A stretch of 64,000 bases of DNA from an uncultured cyanobacterium (GTDB lineage Bacteria; Cyanobacteriota; Cyanobacteriia; Cyanobacteriales; Microcystaceae): the NCBI GenBank assembly GCA_963807635.1, contig CAWEDJ010000016.1, forward strand, positions 1 through 64,000. The letters run 5' to 3'. The translations under genes and the position numbers were made by a program. Within the stretch, counting starts at the first letter, position 1, and every line of letters starts with the position of its first letter. The notes under the pieces are model-generated. The model saw only the letters and a list, made by a program, of their open reading frames with translations, searched no databases and had not been told where the DNA came from. Below are positions 32,346-41,809 of the stretch, in pieces.

Positions 32346-33715
32346 ATGCGTTACAACCCAATTCTCGATGTCGATTCCTATAAAGCCAGCCATTGGTTGC
32401 AATATCCCCCGAATACCACCGCGATGTATTCCTACCTAGAGAGCCGAGGCGGAAAGTATCCCGCAACCGTCTTTTTTGGACTGCAATATATTTTAAAAGA
32501 ATATCTAACCCGTCCCATTGAATCTTGGATGGTCGACGAAGCTGTTTCCTTCTTTGCCGCACATGGAGTTCCCTTTAATGAAGCAGGTTGGCGTTATATT
32601 GCAGAGGATCTCAACGGTCGTTTATCCATTCGCATTTCTGCTGTCCCCGAAGGAACCGTTGTCCCTGTTCATAACGTATTAATGACCATTGAATCCACTG
32701 ATCCTCAGACTTTTTGGCTGGTTTCCTGGTTAGAAACCTTATTACTCAGGGTTTGGTATCCCACCACCGTCGCAACCCAAAGCTGGTATCTGAAAAAATT
32801 GATTTATCAATCCTTAGTCAAAACTGCCGATGATCCCGATGGAGAAATTTCCTTTAAACTCCACGATTTTGGAGCGAGAGGCGTATCAAGTTGCGAATCT
32901 TCGGGCATTGGCGGTATGGCCCATTTGGTTAATTTCAGTGGATCGGATACGGTGCAGGGCGTAGTTTATGCCAATCATTACTACAATCACCCGATGGCGG
33001 CTTTTTCCATTCCTGCGGCGGAACATTCCACTATTACGGCTTGGGGAAAGGAAGGGGAAGCATTAGCCTATCAAAATATGCTGGATCAATTTGCCAAACC
33101 TGACAGTTTAGTGGCGGTTGTTTCCGATTCCTATGACCTCTGGAATGCGGTGGATCATCTCTGGGGCGATCGCCTCCGTCAAGCCGTGATTGATTCGGGC
33201 GCAACGATTATTATCCGTCCCGATTCGGGGAATCCTACGGAAATAGTCGGTAAACTTTTGCAACGATTGGATCATCATTTTGGTAGTGTGATTAATCAAA
33301 AAGGATATAAAGTGCTGAACCATGTGCGAGTAATTCAGGGAGATGGAGTCAACGAAGCGAGTATGTCCGAAATTTTGGCGAATATTGAAAATTTGGGCTT
33401 TAGTGCGTCTAATCTAGCCTTTGGGATGGGGGCGCGTTATTACAAAAATTGAATCGTGATACCCAAAAATTTGCCATCAAATGTAGTGAAGTTACGGTCA
33501 ATGGTAAGGCGATCGCGGTTTATAAAGATCCCATCACTGACCCAGGTAAAACCAGTAAAAAAGGACGGTTAGCCCTGATCAAAACAGAAGTAGGTTACGA
33601 AACGGTTGCTTCTTCTGGGGATGATCAACTGGTCTGTGTCTATGAAAATGGACATATTTTGCAAGAGCAATCCTTTGAGGAAATTCGCCAACGAGCCTGG
33701 TCGTTTGCAGTGTGA
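32346..33715 (+). CDS. nadV: Nicotinamide phosphoribosyltransferase (1-nt deletion in a G run near 33430)
   Basis: DSYKASH, HDFGARG, PAAEHS, VSDSYD, IRPDSG, IQGDG, FGMG(G), KDPITDPGK. Confidence 0.9.
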
Positions 33716-33735
33716 TCCCCAAATAAGCGAAACTA

Positions 33736-33864
33736 CTCTATAGAGTCCATTTGGTATCTTTCTCACAACCTTGGCCCAGTATGGATTAGAGAGAATTAGC
33801 CAAAATGCCTGTAATTCTTATCAGCTAAGCGTTACAAGAGAGATACCAAATAGGTTCTATAGAG
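33736..33864. mobile_element. MITE-like element with ~22-bp terminal inverted repeats and TA flanks
   Basis: CTATAGAGTCCATTTGGTATCT ... AGATACCAAATAGGTTCTATAG. Confidence 0.7.
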
Positions 33865-33926
33865 ATTCATCAATGGTCTCAAACTCACTTACATTAATAA
33901 CATTTATGAAAAGAGGTTTCTAAGCT

Positions 33927-34112
33927 ATGGCTTTTAAAGATGATGATGGACGGTTAAATAATTTTGCCAGGGAACCGAAAGTCTATCAGACCCAACCCCT
34001 GACTGAAAAGGAAAAACGTAATTATATTATTCTGGCGTTGATTACTGTCTTCTTAGTAGGCGGATTGATTACCGTTGCCATTTTTGCTTCCAGTGTGACG
34101 ACGGTGAGCTAG
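33927..34112 (+). CDS. psb34: Psb34/Ssl1498-family photosystem II assembly protein
   Basis: DDGRLNNFAREPKVY followed by a single TM helix. Confidence 0.8.
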   Translation: MAFKDDDGRLNNFAREPKVYQTQPLTEKEKRNYIILALITVFLVGGLITVAIFASSVTTVS

Positions 34113-34232
34113 AGATTGCAAACTCTGATCCTCTGCTGAACTAAACAATAAGACCGATTCAATTTACCCGTGCGATCGCGACGACTCAAAATTCCCACGC
34201 ACCTTGAATTATCTCAATGCGTGGGTTTAAGC

Positions 34233-34727
34233 TTAAAGTTGACCGCAATCTGCAATCACCACTTTTGCTTTGGGTTTTCCTGAATCGCTTCCCAGCTTTT
34301 CTATAGTTGTGACAAGCTCTAATCCCTTGGTTACTTTTCCAAAAACAACGTGCTTGCCGTCTAGCCAACCACAGGGAACCGTACAGATAAAGAACTGAGA
34401 ACCATTGGTATTTGGCCCTGCATTAGCCATTGAAAGAACCCCAGGCCCCGTATGCTTGAGTTTAAAGTTTTCATCCGCAAACTTATTTCCGTAGATAGAT
34501 TTACCACCTGTGCCATTATGATTGGTAAAATCTCCCCCCTGTAGCATAAATTGGGGGATAATACGGTGAAAACCACTATTTTTGTAGCCAAAACCTGCCT
34601 CTCCCGTACATAATTGACGAAAATTTTCGGCGGTATCAGGGACAACATCAGCAAAAAGTTCAAACTCGATACGACCACTCTCTTTACCATCAATGGTGAT
34701 ATCAAAAAATACGGTCGGATTTGCCAT
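34233..34727 (-). CDS. Cyclophilin-type peptidyl-prolyl isomerase
   Basis: [40 protein letters not shown]. Confidence 0.96.
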   Translation of the reverse strand: MANPTVFFDITIDGKESGRIEFELFADVVPDTAENFRQLCTGEAGFGYKNSGFHRIIPQFMLQGGDFTNHNGTGGKSIYGNKFADENFKLKHTGPGVLSMANAGPNTNGSQFFICTVPCGWLDGKHVVFGKVTKGLELVTTIEKLGSDSGKPKAKVVIADCGQL

Positions 34728-34893
34728 CTCGAAAACTCCATTCGGTGAAATTAGGAATCTAAACATTGGGTTCTGAGATAATTAAACCCTGATTAATGAT
34801 CTTACCATTACCGCCGCAGTGGGATATTAGAGCTTCTATCTACGTCAACGTTTTCTAGCTTAAACCGTGAATCTAAAATAATTCCGACAAATC

Positions 34894-35750
34894 ATGACAA
34901 GCAAATATTTAATTATTAATGGGGATGATTTTGGGTTCTCCTCTAGCGTCAATCAGGCCATTATTGAGTCCCATGAGCAGGGCATTTTAACGAGTACCAG
35001 CCTCATGGTCTCAGGACAAGCCTGTACAGAAGCGGTTAATTTAGCGAAAAATCATCCTGATTTGGGAGTGGGTTTGCATTTGGTTTTGGTTTGTGGCCAA
35101 TTAGTCCTACCCCCTGAAGAAATTCCCCATTTAGTCGATCACGACGGAAATTTTTTAGATGATCCCGTCAAAGCAGGGTTAACTTACCAGTTTAATCGTG
35201 AGGCTAGGAAAGAGTTAGCCCTGGAAATTCGCGCCCAATTAGAAAAATTTCAGGAAACAGGGTTGCCGATGTCTCACCTAGATGGACACTTACATCTTCA
35301 TGCCCATCCTGTTGTTTTGGGGATTATTAAAGATTTAGCGGCAGAATTTGACCTAAAAGTGCTTCGGCTCCCCTCTGAGGAATTAAATTTTACCCTCGCG
35401 ATTGACCGCTCTGATTTTTGGACAAAATTTGTCTGGTTCCAGGTTTTTGGGCAACTGCGTCGGCATGGTGAGCGTTTATTTGAAAATACAGGGATGATCA
35501 TTCCCGATAAAGTCTATGGATTACTCGCAACGGGTAAAATAAGTGAGGATTATTTACTGCAACTAATTCCCAAAATTCAGACGGAAATCGCTGAAATCTA
35601 TGCCCACCCCGATTGTTCTTCTCTCAGCAATCCCTCTGCCCGATGGAATTACAGACTCTTTTAAATCATCAAGTTCGTGATCGCATTCAAGGTTGCGGTT
35701 TTGAATTAATTAATTTTCATACATTTAAAAAACTTACAGTCAACGATTAA
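34894..35750 (+). CDS. hpnK: Hopanoid biosynthesis-associated HpnK (YdjC-like deacetylase; indel near 35638)
   Basis: LIINGDDFG, GLHLVL, HLDGHLHLH, EIYAHP; upstream of hpnI; restored frame ends at TAA 35750. Confidence 0.85.
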
Positions 35751-35753
35751 ATT

Positions 35754-36581
35754 GTGAAAAATTTCTTCCTACTAGCTCTTTTAATTAGCACGCAAGTTTT
35801 AGGCGACATTGGGCTAAGTCGGGGAATGAAAGGTTTTGGTGCGGTCAATCCCTTAGACTTTGATAGTTTCTTGCCCCTAGGCTTGTACTTAATCACCAAT
35901 ATCTGGATTTGGATCGGGCTGAGTTTTTTGGTTGTTTCTTTAGTATTATATCTAACCGCAATTTCTCGCCTAGACCTCAGTTTCGTTTTACCCATTCATT
36001 CTTTTAGTTATGTTGTTAATGCGATTTTTGCAAGATTTTTATTAGGTGAACATGTATCAGGAATGCGCTGGTTAAGTACCTTTATTATTTGTTTTGGAGT
36101 GCTATTTATTGGTCTTAGTCAACAATTTTCAGATAAATCACTTGAGGAAACAAAAACTGTCACAAAAATTAAATCCAGAAATATTCCTTTATTTCTTCTC
36201 CCATTGGGTCTCTCTCTTTCTAAAACCTGGTTAGCTGTCATTATTCTTTCTCTCGCGGATTCGGCGGGTGATTTATTACTGGCATCAGGAATGAAAAAAA
36301 TTGGTAAAATAGAAAGAATGAGTATCAAAGAGTCTTTAAAACTAACCTATAAAATTATCACTAATTCATCTATTTTAAGTGGAATAGCTTGTCAAGGAAT
36401 TGCTTTTTTTATGTTTATCGCAGTCTTGAGTTGGGCTGATATTAGCTTTGTTCGTCCTGCCACTGCCTTGACCTATTTATTTAGTATGATAGGCGCGCGA
36501 TTGATACTCAGAGAAACTTTTACTAAGGAAAAATTAATGGGTATTACTTTAATTGGCATGGGGATTGTACTGCATCAGTAA
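35754..36581 (+). CDS. EamA/SMR-like double-domain transporter
   Basis: Two repeated four-TM units (DLSFVLP, DISFVRP). Confidence 0.8.
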   Translation: MKNFFLLALLISTQVLGDIGLSRGMKGFGAVNPLDFDSFLPLGLYLITNIWIWIGLSFLVVSLVLYLTAISRLDLSFVLPIHSFSYVVNAIFARFLLGEHVSGMRWLSTFIICFGVLFIGLSQQFSDKSLEETKTVTKIKSRNIPLFLLPLGLSLSKTWLAVIILSLADSAGDLLLASGMKKIGKIERMSIKESLKLTYKIITNSSILSGIACQGIAFFMFIAVLSWADISFVRPATALTYLFSMIGARLILRETFTKEKLMGITLIGMGIVLHQ

Positions 36582-36625
36582 ATGATTAATAATTTCAAAA
36601 ATTTGTGTATTTATCACGACTTACA

Positions 36626-37801
36626 ATGGAAAAAATAAACATCATAAATTTTTTAATTCTCATATTTTCTATTCTCAGCATAGGGTCTATTGTTTATTAT
36701 CTTTATTCTTTGTATGCTACGGTTGTTTTTTTTAAGCAAAAGCAGGAAATTGATCCAGACTTTTCTGCTCCTCTCACAATTCTAAAACCTCTTTGTGGAT
36801 TAGATTGGGAAAGTTACACGGCTCTAACTTCCTTTTGTCAGCAGGATTATCCCCTATATCAAATTATCTTTTCAGTTCAAGATTCCCAAGATCCCAGTAT
36901 TGACATTGTCCAAAAAATACAACAGGATTTTCGTGATTTAGACATAGAACTAGTTATTCGCGATCGCGAAACGGCACTGGGCGATCGCGTCCTGGGCATT
37001 AATCCTAAAATTAATAACCTTGCCAATGGAGCGACAAAAGCAAAATATCCGATTCTAGTGCTTTCTGATAGTGATATTCAAGTCGAAAAAGACTATTTAA
37101 AAACGATTATTCAACCTTTTGCTGACCCTTTAGTAGGGGTTGTTACTTGCTTATATAATTCCCTCACGGAAGGATTTTTGGCAGGTTTTGAAGCTCTTGA
37201 TATTGCCTCTCAATTTTGTCCCAAGGTATTAACTGCTCGCCAATTGGAAGGCGTTAAATTTGCCTTTGGTTCAACCATTGCTATCCGTCAAGAAACCCTA
37301 GATAAAATCGGGGGATTTGCCAGCATTGGAGACTATTTAGCCGATGATTATCAATTGGGTTATTTACCGAGTCAAAATGGATATAAAGTTATTTTATCGC
37401 CCTATTTAGTAGAACATCGATTAGCAAATGTGACCTTCAATACATTTATCTATCGTCAAATTCGTTGGTTCAAATGTATCAGAATAGAGAGATTTTGGGG
37501 TTATGTCGGACTTATTTTTACCTATGGAATCATTAATAGTTTTGTATTATTATTACTGACTCAAGGTTCTCTTTTTGGATGGAGTATTTTTGGTTTAGTT
37601 TGGAATATTCGTTTTTTGACAGCTTATTTAATTACGATTAAATATTTGAAGGATTCTAACGCGAAGGAATTCTTTTTGTTAATTCCCCTACGAGATTTTG
37701 TTAGTTTTGGGATTTGGTGTTATAGTTTTATCGGAAATCAAGTCATCTGGCGAGACAAAACTTATCAATTATTACCGAATGGTCAACTCAGTCAATTATA
37801 A
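36626..37801 (+). CDS. hpnI: Hopanoid glycosyltransferase HpnI (ceramide glucosyltransferase-like)
   Basis: ILKPLCG, NPKINNL, SDSDI, LADDYQLG, RQIRW. Confidence 0.9.
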   Translation: MEKINIINFLILIFSILSIGSIVYYLYSLYATVVFFKQKQEIDPDFSAPLTILKPLCGLDWESYTALTSFCQQDYPLYQIIFSVQDSQDPSIDIVQKIQQDFRDLDIELVIRDRETALGDRVLGINPKINNLANGATKAKYPILVLSDSDIQVEKDYLKTIIQPFADPLVGVVTCLYNSLTEGFLAGFEALDIASQFCPKVLTARQLEGVKFAFGSTIAIRQETLDKIGGFASIGDYLADDYQLGYLPSQNGYKVILSPYLVEHRLANVTFNTFIYRQIRWFKCIRIERFWGYVGLIFTYGIINSFVLLLLTQGSLFGWSIFGLVWNIRFLTAYLITIKYLKDSNAKEFFLLIPLRDFVSFGIWCYSFIGNQVIWRDKTYQLLPNGQLSQL

Positions 37802-37850
37802 TTACTGATATTAACGACATTCTTTAGCCTTAATGAAGGAGTTATTGAAA

Positions 37851-38471
37851 ATGGTTCAAGTCTTACAAGCGAAAGAAGTCACCCTAAGAGATTTAATTAA
37901 TCGCTTTGAACTACAATTTGTTGAAAGTGAGCAATTTTTCAGAGAATGGCAAGAAGATTTGGGGACAATTTCTAATCAAGAACAAGAATTATTAGATAAA
38001 ATAAAAATGGGTTATTTTAACTTATTAAATTATCCTCCTTTTTTAGAAACATCGGTGAGGATGACGGTTTTAGATCCGTTATTATTTATTGGTAATTTCT
38101 ATCTATCTCCTTTTCACATTAAAGCGGAAGAGTCGGTCGAAATTATTACGAACGATCAAGATTTGATCCTTAAAGGAAGGTTAGACACTTTAATTTTAAA
38201 AGATCAATTATGGGTAATGATTATTGAATCAAAACGAGTTATTTATTCCGTTGAAGCAGGGTTACCCCAATTATTAACTTATTTAATGGCTAATCCCCGT
38301 CAAAACCGAGCTAACTACGGAATGGTGACCAATGGCTCTGATTTTTTATTTGTTAAATTATTATGGGAAAGTAAGCCTTTATACGGAACATCTCGTTTAT
38401 TTTCGATGAGAAATCCAGGAGATTTATATGAAGTTCTCAAAATCCTTAAACATCTCTGTCAACTAATTTAA
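37851..38471 (+). CDS. Stand-alone HsdR-N-like PD-(D/E)XK nuclease-fold protein
   Basis: GRLD...IIESKR, QLLTYL, GMVTNG. Confidence 0.75.
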   Translation: MVQVLQAKEVTLRDLINRFELQFVESEQFFREWQEDLGTISNQEQELLDKIKMGYFNLLNYPPFLETSVRMTVLDPLLFIGNFYLSPFHIKAEESVEIITNDQDLILKGRLDTLILKDQLWVMIIESKRVIYSVEAGLPQLLTYLMANPRQNRANYGMVTNGSDFLFVKLLWESKPLYGTSRLFSMRNPGDLYEVLKILKHLCQLI

Positions 38472-38590
38472 CTATGAAGATAGCAATATCTAGTATTAAG
38501 ACTGTCCATCGTTCTGTCTGAAGTGTTAAGTTTCTATTTCTTTTTATGTTATAGTTTGCTCTGATAAGGATCGCATCAATTATTAACCCT

Positions 38591-39697
38591 ATGGCGACAA
38601 CAACTCCGACAAAACGACGTTCAATTTGGCAATTAGCCTGGGAAAGTTTACAAACAGGCGGCCCTTCCATGTGTCAATTTGCGATTACCAGTGCTTGCAA
38701 TGCCCGTTGCGGTTTTTGTAATTTTGCAGTGGATAAAATGCCGAAGGAACAACAACGATTTGTTACCCTAGAGGAAGCGAAATCCGCCGCCGAAAATCTC
38801 TATCGCAATGGCATTTATTTTATGATTTATGTCGGGGGAGAACCGTTATTGCATCCTGATCTCAATGAAATGATTGCCCATGCGTCTAGTATCGGTATGG
38901 CTCCCATGATTGTCACTAATGCGGGGCTTTTGACTCCCGATCGCATTAAACAATTAGCCGAAGCAGGTTTGGTCAGTGTGATTATTTCTATTGACGCGTC
39001 AGAGGTCGGTAAACATGAAGAAAATCGTGGTTTAAGGGGAGTCTGCGATCGCATTAAAATTGCCAATCAAGAATTTAAGAAATATAAAATCGGGACGACC
39101 GCTTCTGTCACCATGAGCCGATTAATTGATGACTATCAAGCGTTACCACCTTTTTTAACAGAATTGGGTTTTGATAGTGTGACATTTTCCTACCCTTTAA
39201 CAACTCTGGCTTCTTCCTATTTAGGATACGCTGAGTCCAATTTAGTTGACTATACACCCGAAGAATTGAACGAAAGATTTGAAGCAATTAAAGCCTTAAA
39301 ACAGGAATTTCATGTCGTCAATCCAACTTCTTCCATTGAAGATATGCAACGACATTTGAGAAAAGAACCTGAACAATTTGGCTGTTTAGGCGGCTGGAAA
39401 TTTTTCTATTTAGATTGGGAATTAAATTTATTTCGTTGTCATAATTGGGCAAAACCCCTATGTCATGTCAGTGAATTTGATGGTTCCCAACGAGTGCGAG
39501 ATGGTTGTACGGCTTGCATGATGGATTGTTATCGGGATTCAAGTGTTATGCAACATATTGCGGTATCGGTCAGTGATGGTTTAAAATCCCTAGCCGCAGG
39601 AAATATTAATCAAGCTTTTCAAGATTGGTTTAATCAAAAAAATTGGCTTTCTTTAAAGTCAGTGATCGAAGAAGCCAAGTGGTTGCCTCGTTTATAA
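38591..39697 (+). CDS. Radical SAM protein with a C-terminal Cys-rich region
   Basis: CNARCGFC, GGEPLLH, and C-terminal CLGG, CH and CTACMMDC. Confidence 0.9.
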   Translation: MATTTPTKRRSIWQLAWESLQTGGPSMCQFAITSACNARCGFCNFAVDKMPKEQQRFVTLEEAKSAAENLYRNGIYFMIYVGGEPLLHPDLNEMIAHASSIGMAPMIVTNAGLLTPDRIKQLAEAGLVSVIISIDASEVGKHEENRGLRGVCDRIKIANQEFKKYKIGTTASVTMSRLIDDYQALPPFLTELGFDSVTFSYPLTTLASSYLGYAESNLVDYTPEELNERFEAIKALKQEFHVVNPTSSIEDMQRHLRKEPEQFGCLGGWKFFYLDWELNLFRCHNWAKPLCHVSEFDGSQRVRDGCTACMMDCYRDSSVMQHIAVSVSDGLKSLAAGNINQAFQDWFNQKNWLSLKSVIEEAKWLPRL

Positions 39698-39732
39698 TGA
39701 ATATCGAAGCAATGATTAATGCAGACCTGAAT

Positions 39733-40434
39733 TTAAACTGCCAAGAATTTTTGAATGACCTCCTGACTCAATTCACGGGTCGGGCCAGAAGCCACAATTC
39801 CTCCTTTTTGCATTGCGTAATATTTATCCGCTTGACGAACAAAATGTAAATGTTGCTCAACTAATAAAACCGAAATTCCTGTTGCTTGAATAATTCGTTT
39901 GACTGCGGCTTCAATTTCTAAAATAATGGAGGGTTGAATGCCTTCTGTGGGTTCATCTAAGAGCAAAAGCTTGGGTTTTCCCATCAAGGCACGGGCGATC
40001 GCCAATTGTTGTTGTTGACCGCCGCTCAAATCCCCACCCATACGGGATAACATGGTTTTAAGAACAGGAAATAGTTCAAAAATTTCATCGGGAATTGTGG
40101 CATTTTTTGGTCTGCCTGTAGGTCTGGCTTCTAATCCTAATAGTAGATTTTCCTTAACGGTTAATCGGGGGATTACATCTCGTCCTTGGGGAACATAACC
40201 AATGCCTAATCTTGCTCGCTTATCTGTTGTCGTTGCGTTAATATTTTCCGCGCCGTAAACAATATTACCTGTGCGGGATTTGAGCAGTCCCATAATCGTT
40301 TTTAATAGGGTTGTTTTTCCTACTCCATTACGACCAATTAAACAGACCATTTCCCCTTCAGGAATAGTCATATCCACATTGCGCAGGATGTGGCTTTCTC
40401 CGTAATAGACATTGAGATTTGATAGTTGCAACAT
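39733..40434 (-). CDS. urtE: Urea ABC transporter ATP-binding subunit UrtE
   Basis: GRNGVGKT, YVPQGR, LSGGQQQQLAIARAL, DEPTEGIQPSII. Confidence 0.95.
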   Translation of the reverse strand: MLQLSNLNVYYGESHILRNVDMTIPEGEMVCLIGRNGVGKTTLLKTIMGLLKSRTGNIVYGAENINATTTDKRARLGIGYVPQGRDVIPRLTVKENLLLGLEARPTGRPKNATIPDEIFELFPVLKTMLSRMGGDLSGGQQQQLAIARALMGKPKLLLLDEPTEGIQPSIILEIEAAVKRIIQATGISVLLVEQHLHFVRQADKYYAMQKGGIVASGPTRELSQEVIQKFLAV

Positions 40435-40490
40435 ATTTTTATTCAGGAATTTTTAGAATGATTGGGATTGCTTAAATTCAAAAAAGTTTG

Positions 40491-41615
40491 TTAATCAACT
40501 TCGTTTTGAATCGTTTCGACAGTTTCAGGAGGCAATTCTAATAATTGAATTAAACGTTCATAGGTACTTAATTTCGTTGAAGTTTCTGAAGAGATATCCT
40601 TTTTAAAAATAGCTTGATAACTTACTTTTAAAATTAGTTTACGGTCTTCTAAATTATCAATTTCCGCGATCGCCGTTTGGAGATCAAGCTCTACTTCCTG
40701 TAGAAGATAATCCTTCAATTCCTGTTCTAATTTTGATCGATCTTCTGTCTTTTCGGCAAAAATTAGGCTTAATTGGTGAGCAATACTATCCATTTCTTCG
40801 GGTGATAATTCACCGTCTTCCAAGGCGATCGCTTGAATAATGCGTAAAATTTTCAACTGATGACCCGAAAGCGAACTTTCCTGCCCCAGATAAACCTCAA
40901 TCACGCGGGGATCGCTCTGTACTTCATCCATTGTTCCTTCACAGAGAACGGAACCCTGGTGTAATACGGTGACTTTTCGCGCAATTTGCCTAACAAATTC
41001 CATATCATGTTCAATCACGATAATCGAGTGACTTTCCGCCAAAGCCAGCAGTAATGCGCCCACATTTTCTGTTTCTTCATCGGTTAAACCCGCGACAGGT
41101 TCATCTACCAACAGCAAATCAGGTGATTGGGCGACTAACATCCCGATTTCTAGGCGTTGTTTTTCGCCATGAGAGAGGAGAGCGGCGGGAAAATTGGCTT
41201 TGGCAGTTAGACCAACGGTTTCTAATAATCCTGCGACGCTACGATTTTCAGCAGAGGATGCTTTACCAAAGAGGGTTGACCAGACATTTTTCTTGCCATT
41301 AACGGCCAAATCTAAGTTTTCACTAACACTTAAGTTGAGATAAACACGGGGCGTTTGAAATTTTCGACCGATACCCAGACAAGAAATTTTATATTCAGGA
41401 ATATTGCGGAGATTTTTGCCTTTAAATAGGACTCTTCCCTCGGTGGGCTGGACTTTTCCTGTAATAATATCCAGAAAGGTGGTTTTTCCCGCACCGTTAG
41501 GGCCAATAATGACCCGCAATTCCCCCGCATCCATACTAAAGTTCAGTTGATTTAGGGCTTTGAAGCCATCAAAACTGACGGTTAGATTTTCTATCTCTAG
41601 GATTTTTCCAGTCAT
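40491..41615 (-). CDS. urtD: Urea ABC transporter ATP-binding subunit UrtD with a C-terminal TerB-like extension
   Basis: VSFDGFKAL, GPNGAGKT, GRKFQTP, LSHGEKQRLEIGM, then about 125 extra aa after VIEVYLG. Confidence 0.92.
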   Translation of the reverse strand: MTGKILEIENLTVSFDGFKALNQLNFSMDAGELRVIIGPNGAGKTTFLDIITGKVQPTEGRVLFKGKNLRNIPEYKISCLGIGRKFQTPRVYLNLSVSENLDLAVNGKKNVWSTLFGKASSAENRSVAGLLETVGLTAKANFPAALLSHGEKQRLEIGMLVAQSPDLLLVDEPVAGLTDEETENVGALLLALAESHSIIVIEHDMEFVRQIARKVTVLHQGSVLCEGTMDEVQSDPRVIEVYLGQESSLSGHQLKILRIIQAIALEDGELSPEEMDSIAHQLSLIFAEKTEDRSKLEQELKDYLLQEVELDLQTAIAEIDNLEDRKLILKVSYQAIFKKDISSETSTKLSTYERLIQLLELPPETVETIQNEVD

Positions 41616-41660
41616 TAGTTTTTTGTTAAGGCGGTTTTATTGAAAGAAAATATTTGTTTA

Positions 41661-41702
41661 ATCTTACTGTATCTAGATTTATCGAATCGTTAATTCGGCT
41701 AC
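41661..41702 (-). promoter_or_regulatory. Putative NtcA-activated promoter of urtDE
   Basis: Minus strand GTA-N8-AAC, exactly 22 nt, then TAAGAT (TAN3T). Confidence 0.6.
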
Positions 41703-41809
41703 AGAAGCTCTTTCTTGGAGGGGTAAACTGAAATTCTGCATTTCTATGACGCGATCACAATTTTTTCTGAGGTAAAGACAATAGAATCTTATAGCAAAAA
41801 TCTGTACAA

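Noticed and set aside
33885..33905. HLR1 (RpaB) site upstream of psb34
   Set aside because: The TTACA/TAACA half-sites are 9 bp apart rather than 10.
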